From Oscillospiraceae bacterium (GTDB lineage: Bacteria; Bacillota; Clostridia; Saccharofermentanales; Saccharofermentanaceae): a stretch of 64,000 nt of DNA. The notes under the pieces were generated by a model that did no database searches, was not told the DNA's origin, and was given only the letters and a program-made list of their open reading frames with translations. Shown piece by piece: positions 43,341-52,775 of this stretch. The translations under genes and the position numbers were made by a program. The stretch is taken from the NCBI GenBank assembly GCA_902780785.1, contig CACZGS010000010.1, positions 44,363 to 108,362 on the forward strand, written 5' to 3'. Numbering within the stretch: the first letter of the stretch is position 1; every line of letters begins with the position of its first letter.

Positions 43341-44978
43341 ATGCCTGTAACAGATTTATTGAGACGCAATGCCAGAGAGCATGGCGATGAAGTAGCTCTT
43401 ATCGAGCTCAATCCCGCAATGGAAGAAACAAGGAAGATCTCCTTTAAGGAATTCGACCTTGTCCAGCAGACAAAGTCCGCGCCTTACCGTCACGAGATCA
43501 CATGGCAGATCTTCGATGAGAAGTCCAACAGAGTAGCAAACATGCTCCTGGGACGCGGAATCAAGAAGGGCGACAAAGTCGCTATCCTTATGTTCAACTG
43601 CCTTGAGTGGCTTCCTATCTATTTCGGTATCTTAAAGACCGGCGCCATCGCAGTTCCTTTTAACTTCAGATATACAGCAAACGAGATTTCCTACTGTGCG
43701 GATCTGGCTGAGATCTCAGTAATGTTCTTCGGACCCGAGTTCGTAGACAGACTTAATATCAATGCAGAAGAGCTCGCAAAGGACAGACTTCTCCTCTATG
43801 TAGGTGACGGTCAGGCTCCCGAGTTCGCAGAGAACTACTGGCAGCAGGTAGCTGACTACTCCTCAAGAGATCCCATGATCGAACTTACTGAAGAAGATTA
43901 TGCAGCTATCTACTTCTCATCCGGTACGACAGGATTCCCCAAGGCTATCCTTCACCCTCACAGAAGCCTTACACAGGCAGCTGAGATGGAAGCCGTTCAT
44001 CACCAGACAGGCAAGAACGACTGCTTCCTCTGCATCCCGCCTCTCTATCACACAGGTGCTAAATTCCACTGGATGGGTTCTTTGTGGACATGCAGCAGAG
44101 CAGTTCTTCTGAAGGGCACAAAGCCTGAAGTTATCTTAAAGGCAGCTTCTGACGAGCAGTGCACTATCGTATGGCTCCTCGTACCGTGGGCTCAGGACAT
44201 CCTCGATGCCCTTGACCGCGGCGAATTGAAGCTCTCAGATTACAAGCTCGACCAGTGGCGTCTTATGCATATCGGCGCTCAGCCCGTACCTCCGTCACTT
44301 ATCCGTCACTGGAAGGATTACTTCCCTAATCACCAGTACGATACAAACTACGGTCTTTCCGAATCCACCGGCCCCGGCTGCGTTCACCTTGGACTCGAAA
44401 ACACTCACAAGGTCGGCGCCATCGGCGTTCCGGGTTACCGTTGGGAGTGCAAGATCGTTGACGAGAACGGCAACACAGTACCTCAAGGCGAGGTCGGTGA
44501 GCTCTGCGTCAAGGGTCCCGGCGTAATGCTCGAATACTACAGAAACCCTGAAGCAACAAAGGAAACATTAAGAGACGGATGGCTCTTCACCGGCGACATG
44601 GCACGCCAGGATGAGGACGGTTTCTATTTCCTCGTTGACCGTAAGAAGGACGTTATCGTATCCGGCGGTGAGAACATCTACCCTGTCGAGATCGAGAACT
44701 TCCTTCAGGAATATCCTAAGGTAAAGGACGTTGCAGTAATCGGTCTTCCCGACAAGAGATTAGGCGAGATCACAGGTGCCATCGTTGAGATCGAACCCGG
44801 CAGCAACTGCACCGTTGAAGAACTCGAGAAGTTCTGCACACAGCTTCCCCGTTACAAGAGGCCGAAGCAGATCATCTTAGCTGACGTTCCGAGAAACGCC
44901 ACCGGCAAGATCGAAAAGCCTGTTCTCCGTAAGAGATATGGCGCTGAAAGACTTGTCGAACAGGAAAATCAGTCTTAA
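43341..44978 (+). CDS. AMP-forming acyl-CoA synthetase (class I adenylate-forming enzyme)
   Basis: 545 aa with the AMP motif YFSSGTTGFPKAIL, plus TGDMARQDEDGFYFLVDRKKD and a C-terminal GKI.K. Confidence 0.88.
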   Translation: MPVTDLLRRNAREHGDEVALIELNPAMEETRKISFKEFDLVQQTKSAPYRHEITWQIFDEKSNRVANMLLGRGIKKGDKVAILMFNCLEWLPIYFGILKTGAIAVPFNFRYTANEISYCADLAEISVMFFGPEFVDRLNINAEELAKDRLLLYVGDGQAPEFAENYWQQVADYSSRDPMIELTEEDYAAIYFSSGTTGFPKAILHPHRSLTQAAEMEAVHHQTGKNDCFLCIPPLYHTGAKFHWMGSLWTCSRAVLLKGTKPEVILKAASDEQCTIVWLLVPWAQDILDALDRGELKLSDYKLDQWRLMHIGAQPVPPSLIRHWKDYFPNHQYDTNYGLSESTGPGCVHLGLENTHKVGAIGVPGYRWECKIVDENGNTVPQGEVGELCVKGPGVMLEYYRNPEATKETLRDGWLFTGDMARQDEDGFYFLVDRKKDVIVSGGENIYPVEIENFLQEYPKVKDVAVIGLPDKRLGEITGAIVEIEPGSNCTVEELEKFCTQLPRYKRPKQIILADVPRNATGKIEKPVLRKRYGAERLVEQENQS

Positions 44979-44981
44979 AAT

Positions 44982-45019
44982 ATAAGCCTTGTGTTTTTAG
45001 GCACAAGGCTTATTTTTTG
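44982..45019 (+). terminator. Rho-independent terminator
   Basis: ATAAGCCTTGTG (44982-44993) pairs with CACAAGGCTTAT (45002-45013), followed by TTTTTT. Confidence 0.85.
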
Positions 45020-45078
45020 AATAAAAACGCTTCTTTTCATTTTGAGGGTGGAAGAAGCAAAAAGTGAGGAACAAAAAC

Positions 45079-46650
45079 ATGGATTTGGCAATCAAGATCA
45101 TCTTCCTTGTCGTCTTTTTCGCTGTCATGATCGGAATCGGTCTTATCACGCGTAAAAAGGCAAACAGTGTCGAAGGCTTCGTATTGGGCGGCAGAAACGC
45201 AGGACCCTGGCTTACGGCATTCGGTTACGGAACATCCTACTTCTCCGCAGTTGTATTCATCGGATATGCAGGACAGTTCGGTTGGAAATACGGTGTCGCA
45301 TCTACCTGGATCGGTATCGGCAACGCAGTAATCGGTTCACTTCTCGCATGGATCATCCTGGGAAGAAGAACAAGAGTCATGACAAAGCACTTGAACTCCA
45401 AGACAATGCCTGACTTCTTCGGCAAGAGATTCGACAGCAAGGCTCTCCGCGTAGCAGCTGCTCTCATCTCCTTCATCTTCCTTATCCCTTATACATCTTC
45501 CGTATATAACGGTCTCTCAAGACTCTTCAATATGGCATTCAACATCGACTATAAGATCTGCATCATCGTAATGGCAGCTCTTACATGCGTCTATGTTATC
45601 CTCGGCGGCTACATGGCAACTGTCGTAAATGACCTTGTACAGGGCATCATCATGCTCTTCGGCATCACGGCTGTTATCGCTACCGTTCTTAACAACAACG
45701 GTGGTTTCCTCACCGCCCTTACAACACTTTCACAGACAGAATCCGACCTTCCCGTCACAGCAGGCATGCAGGGTGCGTTCACATCATTCTTCGGACCTGA
45801 CCCGTTGAACCTCTTCGGCGTAATCATTCTTACATCCCTCGGCACATGGGGTCTTCCCCAGATGGTCGGTAAGTTCTACGCCATCAAGGACGAGAAGTCC
45901 GTTAAGGCAGGAACGATCATCTCCACGATCTTCGCATTCATCGTTGCAGGCGGCTGCTATTTCTTAGGCGGCTTCGCAAGACTCTACGAGGGCAACTCCG
46001 CTATCTACAAGGAAGACGGATCCGTTATGTACGACTCCATCATCCCTACAATGCTCGAAAACCTTCCTACGATCCTCGTAGGCGTAGTTATCGTACTCGT
46101 TCTTTCTGCTTCAATGTCCACACTGTCTTCCCTCGTTCTTACATCGAGCTCAACAGTTACTCTGGACCTCATCGAGCAGATCAAGCCCAAGGCAAACGAA
46201 GACAAGAAGAAGAGAGAAAAGACACAGCTCGTTACAATGCGTCTCCTCCTCGTTTTCTTCATCGCAGTATCAGTACTCCTCTCCCTTAACCCTCCGACGT
46301 TCATCGCTCAGCTCATGGGTTATTCATGGGGCGCACTCGCAGGAGCATTCCTCGCACCGTTCCTCTGGGGTCTCTACTGGAAGAAGACGACAAAGCTCTC
46401 CGTATGGGTATGCTTCATCTTCGGTGTAGGCTTCACTGTTGCAAACATGTTCCTGAAGTTCATCGCTTCACCTATTAACGCAGGTGCCATCACAATGGTA
46501 GCAGGCCTCGTTATCGTACCTCTGGTTAGCCTTATCACACCTAAGCTTGCCAAGGACAAGGTTGACGGAATCTTCTCCTGCTACGACGAGAAGGTCACAG
46601 TCGAGAAGAGATATTCACTTCCCGAAGAAGCACCTGCTGACGAAGCTTGA
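45079..46650 (+). CDS. Sodium:solute symporter family (SSF) transporter
   Basis: About 523 aa from ATG 45079 (GAGGAA RBS). It has 12 or more hydrophobic segments and SSF-like motifs (GGRNAGPWLTAF..., GLPQMVGKFYA). Confidence 0.8.
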   Translation: MDLAIKIIFLVVFFAVMIGIGLITRKKANSVEGFVLGGRNAGPWLTAFGYGTSYFSAVVFIGYAGQFGWKYGVASTWIGIGNAVIGSLLAWIILGRRTRVMTKHLNSKTMPDFFGKRFDSKALRVAAALISFIFLIPYTSSVYNGLSRLFNMAFNIDYKICIIVMAALTCVYVILGGYMATVVNDLVQGIIMLFGITAVIATVLNNNGGFLTALTTLSQTESDLPVTAGMQGAFTSFFGPDPLNLFGVIILTSLGTWGLPQMVGKFYAIKDEKSVKAGTIISTIFAFIVAGGCYFLGGFARLYEGNSAIYKEDGSVMYDSIIPTMLENLPTILVGVVIVLVLSASMSTLSSLVLTSSSTVTLDLIEQIKPKANEDKKKREKTQLVTMRLLLVFFIAVSVLLSLNPPTFIAQLMGYSWGALAGAFLAPFLWGLYWKKTTKLSVWVCFIFGVGFTVANMFLKFIASPINAGAITMVAGLVIVPLVSLITPKLAKDKVDGIFSCYDEKVTVEKRYSLPEEAPADEA

Positions 46651-46673
46651 GTGCTTTAACAACTTGAATTAAT

Positions 46674-46707
46674 AAGGGCTGTCCCGGTTGGGGCGGCCCT
46701 TTATTTG
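46674..46707 (+). terminator. Terminator after the symporter gene
   Basis: AAGGGC pairs with GCCCTT around a GC-rich loop, followed by TATTTG. Confidence 0.55.
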
Positions 46708-46741
46708 TTCCGGCGACAGTTCTTTTACCGTGTGTTAAATC

Positions 46742-46837
46742 TGTTGGCCTGAAAACGACTTTTACATCAACAAATATTCACATTTTTCGAAAATACGACT
46801 TTTTGTTGGCCTAAAAACGATTTTGACATCAACAAAT
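46742..46837. repeat. Pair of 34-nt direct repeats within an iteron-like repeat field
   Basis: TGTTGGCCTGAAAACGACTTTTACATCAACAAAT (46742-46775) and TGTTGGCCTAAAAACGATTTTGACATCAACAAAT (46804-46837) match at 31 of 34 positions. The sub-motif GAAAAnCGAyTTTT recurs at least 4 times between 46750 and 46880. Confidence 0.7.
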
Positions 46838-46951
46838 CTGCTACATGGGCTTGCCACTCGAAAAATCGATCCATTTTTGATAATCCAGCTTTTTGGACAG
46901 CTTTTTTGCTTGATAATGTTGTCCAAATGTTGTCCGCCAGGAAGACACCAC

Positions 46952-46979
46952 AAAAAAACCGCCCCGTGAAGAGGCGGCC
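46952..46979 (-). terminator. Terminator after the ior-paaK-ACT operon
   Basis: The minus-strand hairpin CCGCCTCTTCACGGGGCGG is followed by TTTTTTTG. Confidence 0.75.
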
Positions 46980-47001
46980 ATAAATCATTACTTGATCAGG
47001 A

Positions 47002-47430
47002 TCAGCAGAGCTGCAGATCTTCCATGCCGAGAGTCTTAACTCCTGCTGCGTTGAGAAGTGCTTCTGCCTTTGCGTTATCGTCAGTCTTGATGGCGATGGG
47101 AGCGCCCTCACCGTCAATGGAAAGACCGTAGATGTAGCTGATGTTAAGGCCTGCTGCGTGGATCATGCCTACGACCTTAGCGAGGGATCCTACTGCATCA
47201 GGAACTACTACAGCGATAACTTCGTCTATACGTGCTGCAAAGCCTGCGTCCTTTAAGATCTGCTTAGCCTTGTCGGGATCTTTTGCAAGGAGACGGAGAA
47301 CGCCGTATTCCATTGTATCTGCAAGGCTTGCAGAGAGAAGGTCGATACCGCCCTGTGCAAGGATCTTCAAGACCTCATCAAGTCTGCCCTCAGTGTTTTC
47401 GAGAAAAACTGATAACTGCTTTACGAACAT
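47002..47430 (-). CDS. ACT-domain (amino-acid-binding) protein
   Basis: 142 aa with two ACT-like halves (VFLENTEGRL... and VVPDAVGSLAKV...). Confidence 0.75.
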   Translation of the reverse strand: MFVKQLSVFLENTEGRLDEVLKILAQGGIDLLSASLADTMEYGVLRLLAKDPDKAKQILKDAGFAARIDEVIAVVVPDAVGSLAKVVGMIHAAGLNISYIYGLSIDGEGAPIAIKTDDNAKAEALLNAAGVKTLGMEDLQLC

Positions 47431-47448
47431 AGTGGTACCTCCCCATAA

Positions 47449-48750
47449 TTATTGATAAAGTTTACGCTTGTCTGTAACGTGCTTGCTCTTTCCGTCGAAG
47501 TGCTCAAGGCCGTTGGGCTCAACGAGCTTGACCTTTGCATTGAGGCCGATAGCCATCTTGAGCTTATCATGAACTGCCTTGGAAAGCTTCTCCAAAGACT
47601 TGATCTCGTCTGTGAAGACGTTCTCTGCGACTTCAACCTGAACTTCAAGAGTATCCGTGTTGTCAACACGGTCAACTACGAGCATGTAGTGAGGTGTGGT
47701 GCCTTCTACTGTAAGAAGGGCTGCCTCTACCTGTGAAGGGAAAACGTTTACGCCGCGGATGATGAGCATGTCGTCAGATCTGCCTCTGAAGCGCTGGATC
47801 CTTGCCATTGTACGTCCGCACTCGCACTTGCCGTATTCGATGGATGTTAAGTCCTTAGTCCTGTAACGGATGAGCGGCATGCCTTCCTTTGTGAGGTTGG
47901 TGATGACGAGCTCGCCGTCTGAACCCTTGGGAAGCTGCTTCTGTGTTGCAGGATCGATGATCTCCGGGAGGAAGTGGTCTTCCCAGATGTGGAGACCCTT
48001 GTGGTATTCGCAGTCGCAAGCAACGCCGGGGCCCATCATTTCCGTAAGACCGTAGATGTCGTATGCCTTGATGTGAAGTCTGTTCTCCATCTGGTCGCGC
48101 ATCTCGTCTGTCCAGGGCTCAGCGCCGCAGATAGCAGTCTTGAGCTTGATCTTGTCGATGAGGCCCGCCTTCTCAAGGTCTTCAGCAACGTGAAGGAGAT
48201 AAGAAGGTGTGCATGCGATGGATGTAACGTCACAGTCGATCATCATGTCGATGAGCTTCTGCGTATTGCCTGTGGACATAGGGAGAACAAGAGCGCCGAG
48301 ATACTCAGCACCGTAGTGTGCTCCGAGGCCGCCTGTGAAGAGGCCGTAGCCGTAACCGATCTGGATGATGTCATCCTTGGTGATGCCTGCCATTGAAAGG
48401 CATCTTGCTACGCACTCAGCCCAGATGTCGATATCGCGTCTTGTGTAGACAGCGATCTTAGGCTTACCGGTCGTACCGGATGATGCGTGTACACGGACCA
48501 TCTCTGATCTGGGAACTGCTGCCAAACCAAAGGGGTATGTGTCTCTCAGATCTGCGTAAGTCGTGTAAGGCAGCTTATCGAGGTCTTCTATGCCCTTAAT
48601 GTCACCGGGCTCCAAGCCTACTGCCTGCATCTTTTTGCGGTAATACTCAACGTTGTGGTAAACGCGGTTTACCTGCTTGACGAGTCTTGCGCTCTGAAGC
48701 GCTTCAAGTTCGTCACGCGACATGCACTCCTTTGCTTCGTTCCAAATCAT
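47449..48750 (-). CDS. paaK: Phenylacetate--CoA ligase family protein
   Basis: 433 aa with the AMP-binding motif SSGTTGKPK. Size and C-terminal pattern are typical of PaaK/F390-synthetase-like enzymes. Confidence 0.85.
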   Translation of the reverse strand: MIWNEAKECMSRDELEALQSARLVKQVNRVYHNVEYYRKKMQAVGLEPGDIKGIEDLDKLPYTTYADLRDTYPFGLAAVPRSEMVRVHASSGTTGKPKIAVYTRRDIDIWAECVARCLSMAGITKDDIIQIGYGYGLFTGGLGAHYGAEYLGALVLPMSTGNTQKLIDMMIDCDVTSIACTPSYLLHVAEDLEKAGLIDKIKLKTAICGAEPWTDEMRDQMENRLHIKAYDIYGLTEMMGPGVACDCEYHKGLHIWEDHFLPEIIDPATQKQLPKGSDGELVITNLTKEGMPLIRYRTKDLTSIEYGKCECGRTMARIQRFRGRSDDMLIIRGVNVFPSQVEAALLTVEGTTPHYMLVVDRVDNTDTLEVQVEVAENVFTDEIKSLEKLSKAVHDKLKMAIGLNAKVKLVEPNGLEHFDGKSKHVTDKRKLYQ

Positions 48751-48777
48751 AAAATGGTCCCTCCTTAAGCGGGATGT

Positions 48778-49188
48778 TTATTTTCGTGCGGTCTTAAAAC
48801 CGTTGACGATGATAAGTGCGAGTTCGGTGCCGTCCTTATCGAACGCCTTTACCTCGTATAAACAGATATATCTTCCGTCCTTGACGATGTCGGCTGTGCA
48901 AGTGACCTTGCCGCCGTGCCAGGACCTTAAGAAATTCATCTGTGTTGCCTGTGTTACCGTGATTGTATCGGAGTCAAGAATGCAGTTCTCCGCAACGGCG
49001 AACGCAAAGTCGGCCATTGTGTAATAGACTGCGCCCATAAGACCTCCGACAGCGTTAAGATGTCTTCCGTCCGGCTCAAGGCTCACAACGCTGTGGCCCT
49101 TCTCAACCTTCTCGATTACTATTCCTGTAGCTTCCGTGGCGTATTTGTCGCCCTCGAAAAACTTTCTTACTTCTTCAATGTTTACCAT
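48778..49188 (-). CDS. Hotdog-fold (PaaI-type) thioesterase
   Basis: 136 aa with the PaaI-like pattern ...LNAVGGLMGAVYYTMADFA... Confidence 0.7.
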   Translation of the reverse strand: MVNIEEVRKFFEGDKYATEATGIVIEKVEKGHSVVSLEPDGRHLNAVGGLMGAVYYTMADFAFAVAENCILDSDTITVTQATQMNFLRSWHGGKVTCTADIVKDGRYICLYEVKAFDKDGTELALIIVNGFKTARK

Positions 49189-49197
49189 GTACTGCCT

Positions 49198-49773
49198 TTA
49201 CTCTGCTGCGAGGCCCATCTCGAAGGCCTTCATATTGAGTTCAAGGAACTTTGCAGGAACAGAAGCTTCGACAGCCTTTACCCACTCTTCCTTGCTGATC
49301 TCCTTGATGTACTTGGAGAAAACTCCCATGAGTACGATGTTCGTAGCCTTTGCGTTTCCTGCCTGCTCAGCGATCGTGAGTGCATCGATTGCATCTACCT
49401 TAGCGCCTGCTGCTTCCATCTTTGAGATGAGATCAGAAGGATACTCTGCCGTGCCTGCGATTACTGGCATAGGATCGATCTGCTGTGAGTTGGTAACGAT
49501 CTGTCCGCCGGGTTTTAAGAACTGAACATATCTTGCAGCTTCCAAGAGCTCGAAAGAGATGATGTAGTCAGCTTCACCCTTGTCGATGATGGGGGAATTT
49601 ACCTTGTCACCGAACTTAACGTAAGTTACAACGCTTCCGCCTCTCTGGCTCATTCCGTGAACCTCGGAGACCTTTACGTCATAGCCCTTGTCCATTGCGG
49701 CTCTGCCCAACAACTTACTTGCGAGGAGCGAACCCTGTCCGCCGACGCCTACTATCATTATGCTTGTTACCAT
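49198..49773 (-). CDS. iorB: Indolepyruvate ferredoxin oxidoreductase subunit beta
   Basis: The start is at ATG 49773 (MVTSIMIVGVGGQGSLLAS) behind GGGGAGG. It overlaps the iorA stop by 7 nt. Confidence 0.88.
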   Translation of the reverse strand: MVTSIMIVGVGGQGSLLASKLLGRAAMDKGYDVKVSEVHGMSQRGGSVVTYVKFGDKVNSPIIDKGEADYIISFELLEAARYVQFLKPGGQIVTNSQQIDPMPVIAGTAEYPSDLISKMEAAGAKVDAIDALTIAEQAGNAKATNIVLMGVFSKYIKEISKEEWVKAVEASVPAKFLELNMKAFEMGLAAE

Positions 49774-51521
49774 GTGATTGCCTCCCCGTTCAAATCTTCG
49801 AAAGCGCCGAACTTGCAGAGCTCGCTGCATACCTTGCAGCCGAAACACTGTGTTGTGTCAACGTGAGCGTGTCCGTCCTTAAAGGAGATCGCAGGGCATC
49901 CGAGCTTCATGCATGCCTTGCAGGACTTGCACTTGTCGGCATTTACCTGGATAGGCTCACCGCGCTTAACCTTCTTAAGGAGAGCGCAGGGTCTTCTGGA
50001 GATGATTACGGAAGGCTCTTCTGCTGCGAGTTCTTCCTTAACTGCTGCTTCAGCCTCAGCGAGGTTATAAGGATCTACTACTCTTACTCTGTTGATGCCC
50101 ATAGCCTTTACGAGAGCTTCGAGATCGATCTTTCCTGCCGGATCGCCACGGAGGTTGAAACCTGTCGTAGGATTCTGCTGGTGTCCTGTCATGCCCGTGA
50201 TGGAGTTATCAAGGATGATGACAGTTGAATTTGTCTGGTTGTATGCGATGTTTGCAAGGCCTGTCATACCTGAATGCATGAAGGTTGAATCACCGATAAC
50301 GGCAACAGTCTTCTTCTCTGCATCAGCGCCCAGAGCCTTGTTGAAGCCGTGGAGCGAGCTTATAGATGCGCCCATGCACTCTGTTGTATCGATAGCGCAG
50401 AGCGGAGGTGTGGCACCCAATGTATAGCATCCGATATCGCCCATGACTGTGAGCTTGAGCTTGGAAAGGACATAGAACATACCTCTGTGAGGGCAGCCTG
50501 CGCACATTGCCGGCGGTCTTCCCGGAAGTCCTTCGATGGGCTTGCAGGCGGGCTTCTCAGGGAGCCCCAGCTTTGTAGCGATGAGACCCTGGGAGAACTC
50601 GTCGATCAACGGGAAAATGTCCTTGCCTGTTACTTCAAGACCTAATGTCTTGCAGTGTGTCTCGATGATGGGGTCAAGTTCCTCAACTACAACAAGCTTA
50701 TCAACCTTGGCAGCGAAGTCCTTGATCTTCTGCTCGGGAAGCGGATTGATAAGTCCGATCTTCAATACCGGATACTTGTCTCCGAATACTTCCTTTACGT
50801 ACTGATATGAAGTGGAAGAAGTGATGATACCCATTGATGAATCAGAACCTTCTTCAACGCGGTTAAGGGAAGACTCCTCGGCAAATGCTACGAGCTTTCT
50901 TGTTCTCTCCTCAACGATGGGATGACGTCTCTTTGCATTTGCAGGAACCATGACATACTTTGCTGCGTCCTTCTCGTAAGGCTTAACAGCAACTTCGATC
51001 CTCTCACCTGTCTCTACGACAGACTGGGAGTGAGCAACTCTTGTGCACATCTTGATGAGTACGGGAGTATCGAACTGCTCGGAAATATCATAAGCTTCGA
51101 TAACGAAGTCCTTTGCTTCCTGGGAATCAGCGGGCTCCAGCATAGGCATCTTTGCAGCGATCGCATAGTGCCTTGAATCCTGCTCATTCTGGGAAGAGTG
51201 CATTCCGGGGTCGTCTGCTACGAGGATGACCATTCCGGCATTAACACCGGTATAGCTCATTGTGAAGAGCGGGTCAGCTGCAACGTTAAGACCGACGTGC
51301 TTCATTGCACAGTAAGATCTCTTACCTGCTCTTGATGCACCGAAAGCGGTCTCCATAGCGACCTTCTCGTTAGGTGCCCATTCGCAGTAGATCTCTTCGA
51401 ACTTTGCGGCTTCCTCAGTAGTCTCTGTACTGGGCGTACCGGGGTACGAACTTGCGACAGCTACGCCGGCCTCATAAAGACCTCTGGCGATAGCCTTGTT
51501 ACCAAGCATTAGTTCTTTCAT
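49767..51521 (-). CDS. iorA: Indolepyruvate ferredoxin oxidoreductase subunit alpha
   Basis: The start is at ATG 51521 (MKELMLGNKAIARG) behind AGGAG. TPP motif GDSTFMHSG. The C-terminus carries 2x[4Fe-4S] Cys clusters (CKSCKAC...C, CFGCKVCSELC). Confidence 0.9.
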   Translation of the reverse strand: MKELMLGNKAIARGLYEAGVAVASSYPGTPSTETTEEAAKFEEIYCEWAPNEKVAMETAFGASRAGKRSYCAMKHVGLNVAADPLFTMSYTGVNAGMVILVADDPGMHSSQNEQDSRHYAIAAKMPMLEPADSQEAKDFVIEAYDISEQFDTPVLIKMCTRVAHSQSVVETGERIEVAVKPYEKDAAKYVMVPANAKRRHPIVEERTRKLVAFAEESSLNRVEEGSDSSMGIITSSTSYQYVKEVFGDKYPVLKIGLINPLPEQKIKDFAAKVDKLVVVEELDPIIETHCKTLGLEVTGKDIFPLIDEFSQGLIATKLGLPEKPACKPIEGLPGRPPAMCAGCPHRGMFYVLSKLKLTVMGDIGCYTLGATPPLCAIDTTECMGASISSLHGFNKALGADAEKKTVAVIGDSTFMHSGMTGLANIAYNQTNSTVIILDNSITGMTGHQQNPTTGFNLRGDPAGKIDLEALVKAMGINRVRVVDPYNLAEAEAAVKEELAAEEPSVIISRRPCALLKKVKRGEPIQVNADKCKSCKACMKLGCPAISFKDGHAHVDTTQCFGCKVCSELCKFGAFEDLNGEAITW

Positions 51522-51647
51522 GTTTCTTCTCCTAGGATGTGAGTTTATACATAAATCAATTTGTAGATTATACGACAATTCTACACAGGTTTAAACAAAA
51601 ACCCCTAAGAAAAATAATAAGAAAGAAAATGTCAAAGCCGGAATTCT

Positions 51648-52688
51648 TTAAGCTGCGTCCTCGAATTCGAGTTCTTCGACTTCCACGGTCTTCCCGAAAC
51701 AGTTGGAATACTTATATTTCGTGCCTGTACACTTAGGCAGGGACTGAGCCAGATTGTCTCTCGTATGATATAAAAATGCACTGTCAGTCAGGTTGAAGAA
51801 CGGGTAAACATCTTCCTCTAAGGTCTCACTTGCCGAGTCATCCCAAAGAACATCAACGTTATAGTACTCGCCGTCCAGATAGATGATATTCCAGGCATGT
51901 GCGCCGTCTTCCCCGCCAATATTGGAGTCTGTAGTCGTTCCAGGTATGTAATAGCAGGTAATGCCCTTCTTGTTCAAAAGATACTGGAATGCCTTTGAAT
52001 ATCCTGCGCAGACAGATTTGTGAAGAACGATTACCGAATATGCGCTCTGGTTATAGGGAGCGGATTCATCGTATGCAGTGTTCTTGCAGATATAGTCGTG
52101 AATCGCACGCTCGTACTCAACCGCAGACTGCTGGGATCCGATACCGGCAAGGATGTCATCTGCCGCCTTCTCAAATGCTGCTTTCGCATCATTAAGCTTA
52201 TCGGACGTACTCGCAAAATCAAAGAAATCAAAGGTTACATCCTCTATGATCCCGCCATCGGAATCGTATGTAAATTCGTACTGGTTATCGATCCAGAAGA
52301 GCTCAGCATGGTCGTTGAGCACAGCATCTATAGCTTTTGTAAGCTGCTCTTCGTTGGCATTTGCCTTTTGGCAGTCAATCTTCTTGCCGCCTTGGGAAAG
52401 TCCTTCGTAAAGCAGTGAATAAACTTCTTTCTCCTTGGAGCTGAGGACAGCATAATACGGATACTGATCCGCATTGAAATCTGATACTACGACTGTCCCG
52501 TCTGCAGCTTTTGAGGGTTCATCTGATTCATCATCATAACTATTGTCATAGTCATCATCATAATCATCTTCATAGACATTGCCATTGTCATAATCATCAT
52601 AGTCATCGAATTCGTCGCAGGCACAAAGACCTGAAACGACAGATAACATAAGCAAAACAGATACTAACTTAACTAATCTCTTCTTCAT
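51648..52688 (-). CDS. Transglutaminase-like (Cys-His-Asp) lipoprotein, tandem paralog 1
   Basis: The start is at ATG 52688 (MKKRLVKL...). Lipobox-like GLCAC and an Asp/Tyr-rich linker. Core motifs: SVCAGYSKAFQYLL, GAHAWNIIYLDGEYYNVDVLWDD. Confidence 0.8.
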   Translation of the reverse strand: MKKRLVKLVSVLLMLSVVSGLCACDEFDDYDDYDNGNVYEDDYDDDYDNSYDDESDEPSKAADGTVVVSDFNADQYPYYAVLSSKEKEVYSLLYEGLSQGGKKIDCQKANANEEQLTKAIDAVLNDHAELFWIDNQYEFTYDSDGGIIEDVTFDFFDFASTSDKLNDAKAAFEKAADDILAGIGSQQSAVEYERAIHDYICKNTAYDESAPYNQSAYSVIVLHKSVCAGYSKAFQYLLNKKGITCYYIPGTTTDSNIGGEDGAHAWNIIYLDGEYYNVDVLWDDSASETLEEDVYPFFNLTDSAFLYHTRDNLAQSLPKCTGTKYKYSNCFGKTVEVEELEFEDAA

Positions 52689-52775
52689 AAAAAACACCCC
52701 TCGGGATTTAATCCAAGGGGAATTATAAGGAAAAACCCGTGAATAATCTATCCTTATTTCAGATGTATCCCGGTG

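Noticed and set aside
46742-46837. The two 34-nt direct repeats with a ~28-nt spacer looked CRISPR-like.
   Set aside because: There are only two copies, they differ at 3 positions, there are no further units, and no cas genes lie nearby. I kept it as an unexplained repeat field instead.
51561-51586. TGTAGA-N12-TTCTACA around the ior promoter, considered as a fourth BlaI operator.
   Set aside because: The half-sites are in the opposite (divergent) order and 12 nt apart, so they do not form the TTCTACAnnnnTGTAGAA palindrome seen at the three convincing sites. It may bind another regulator or be chance.
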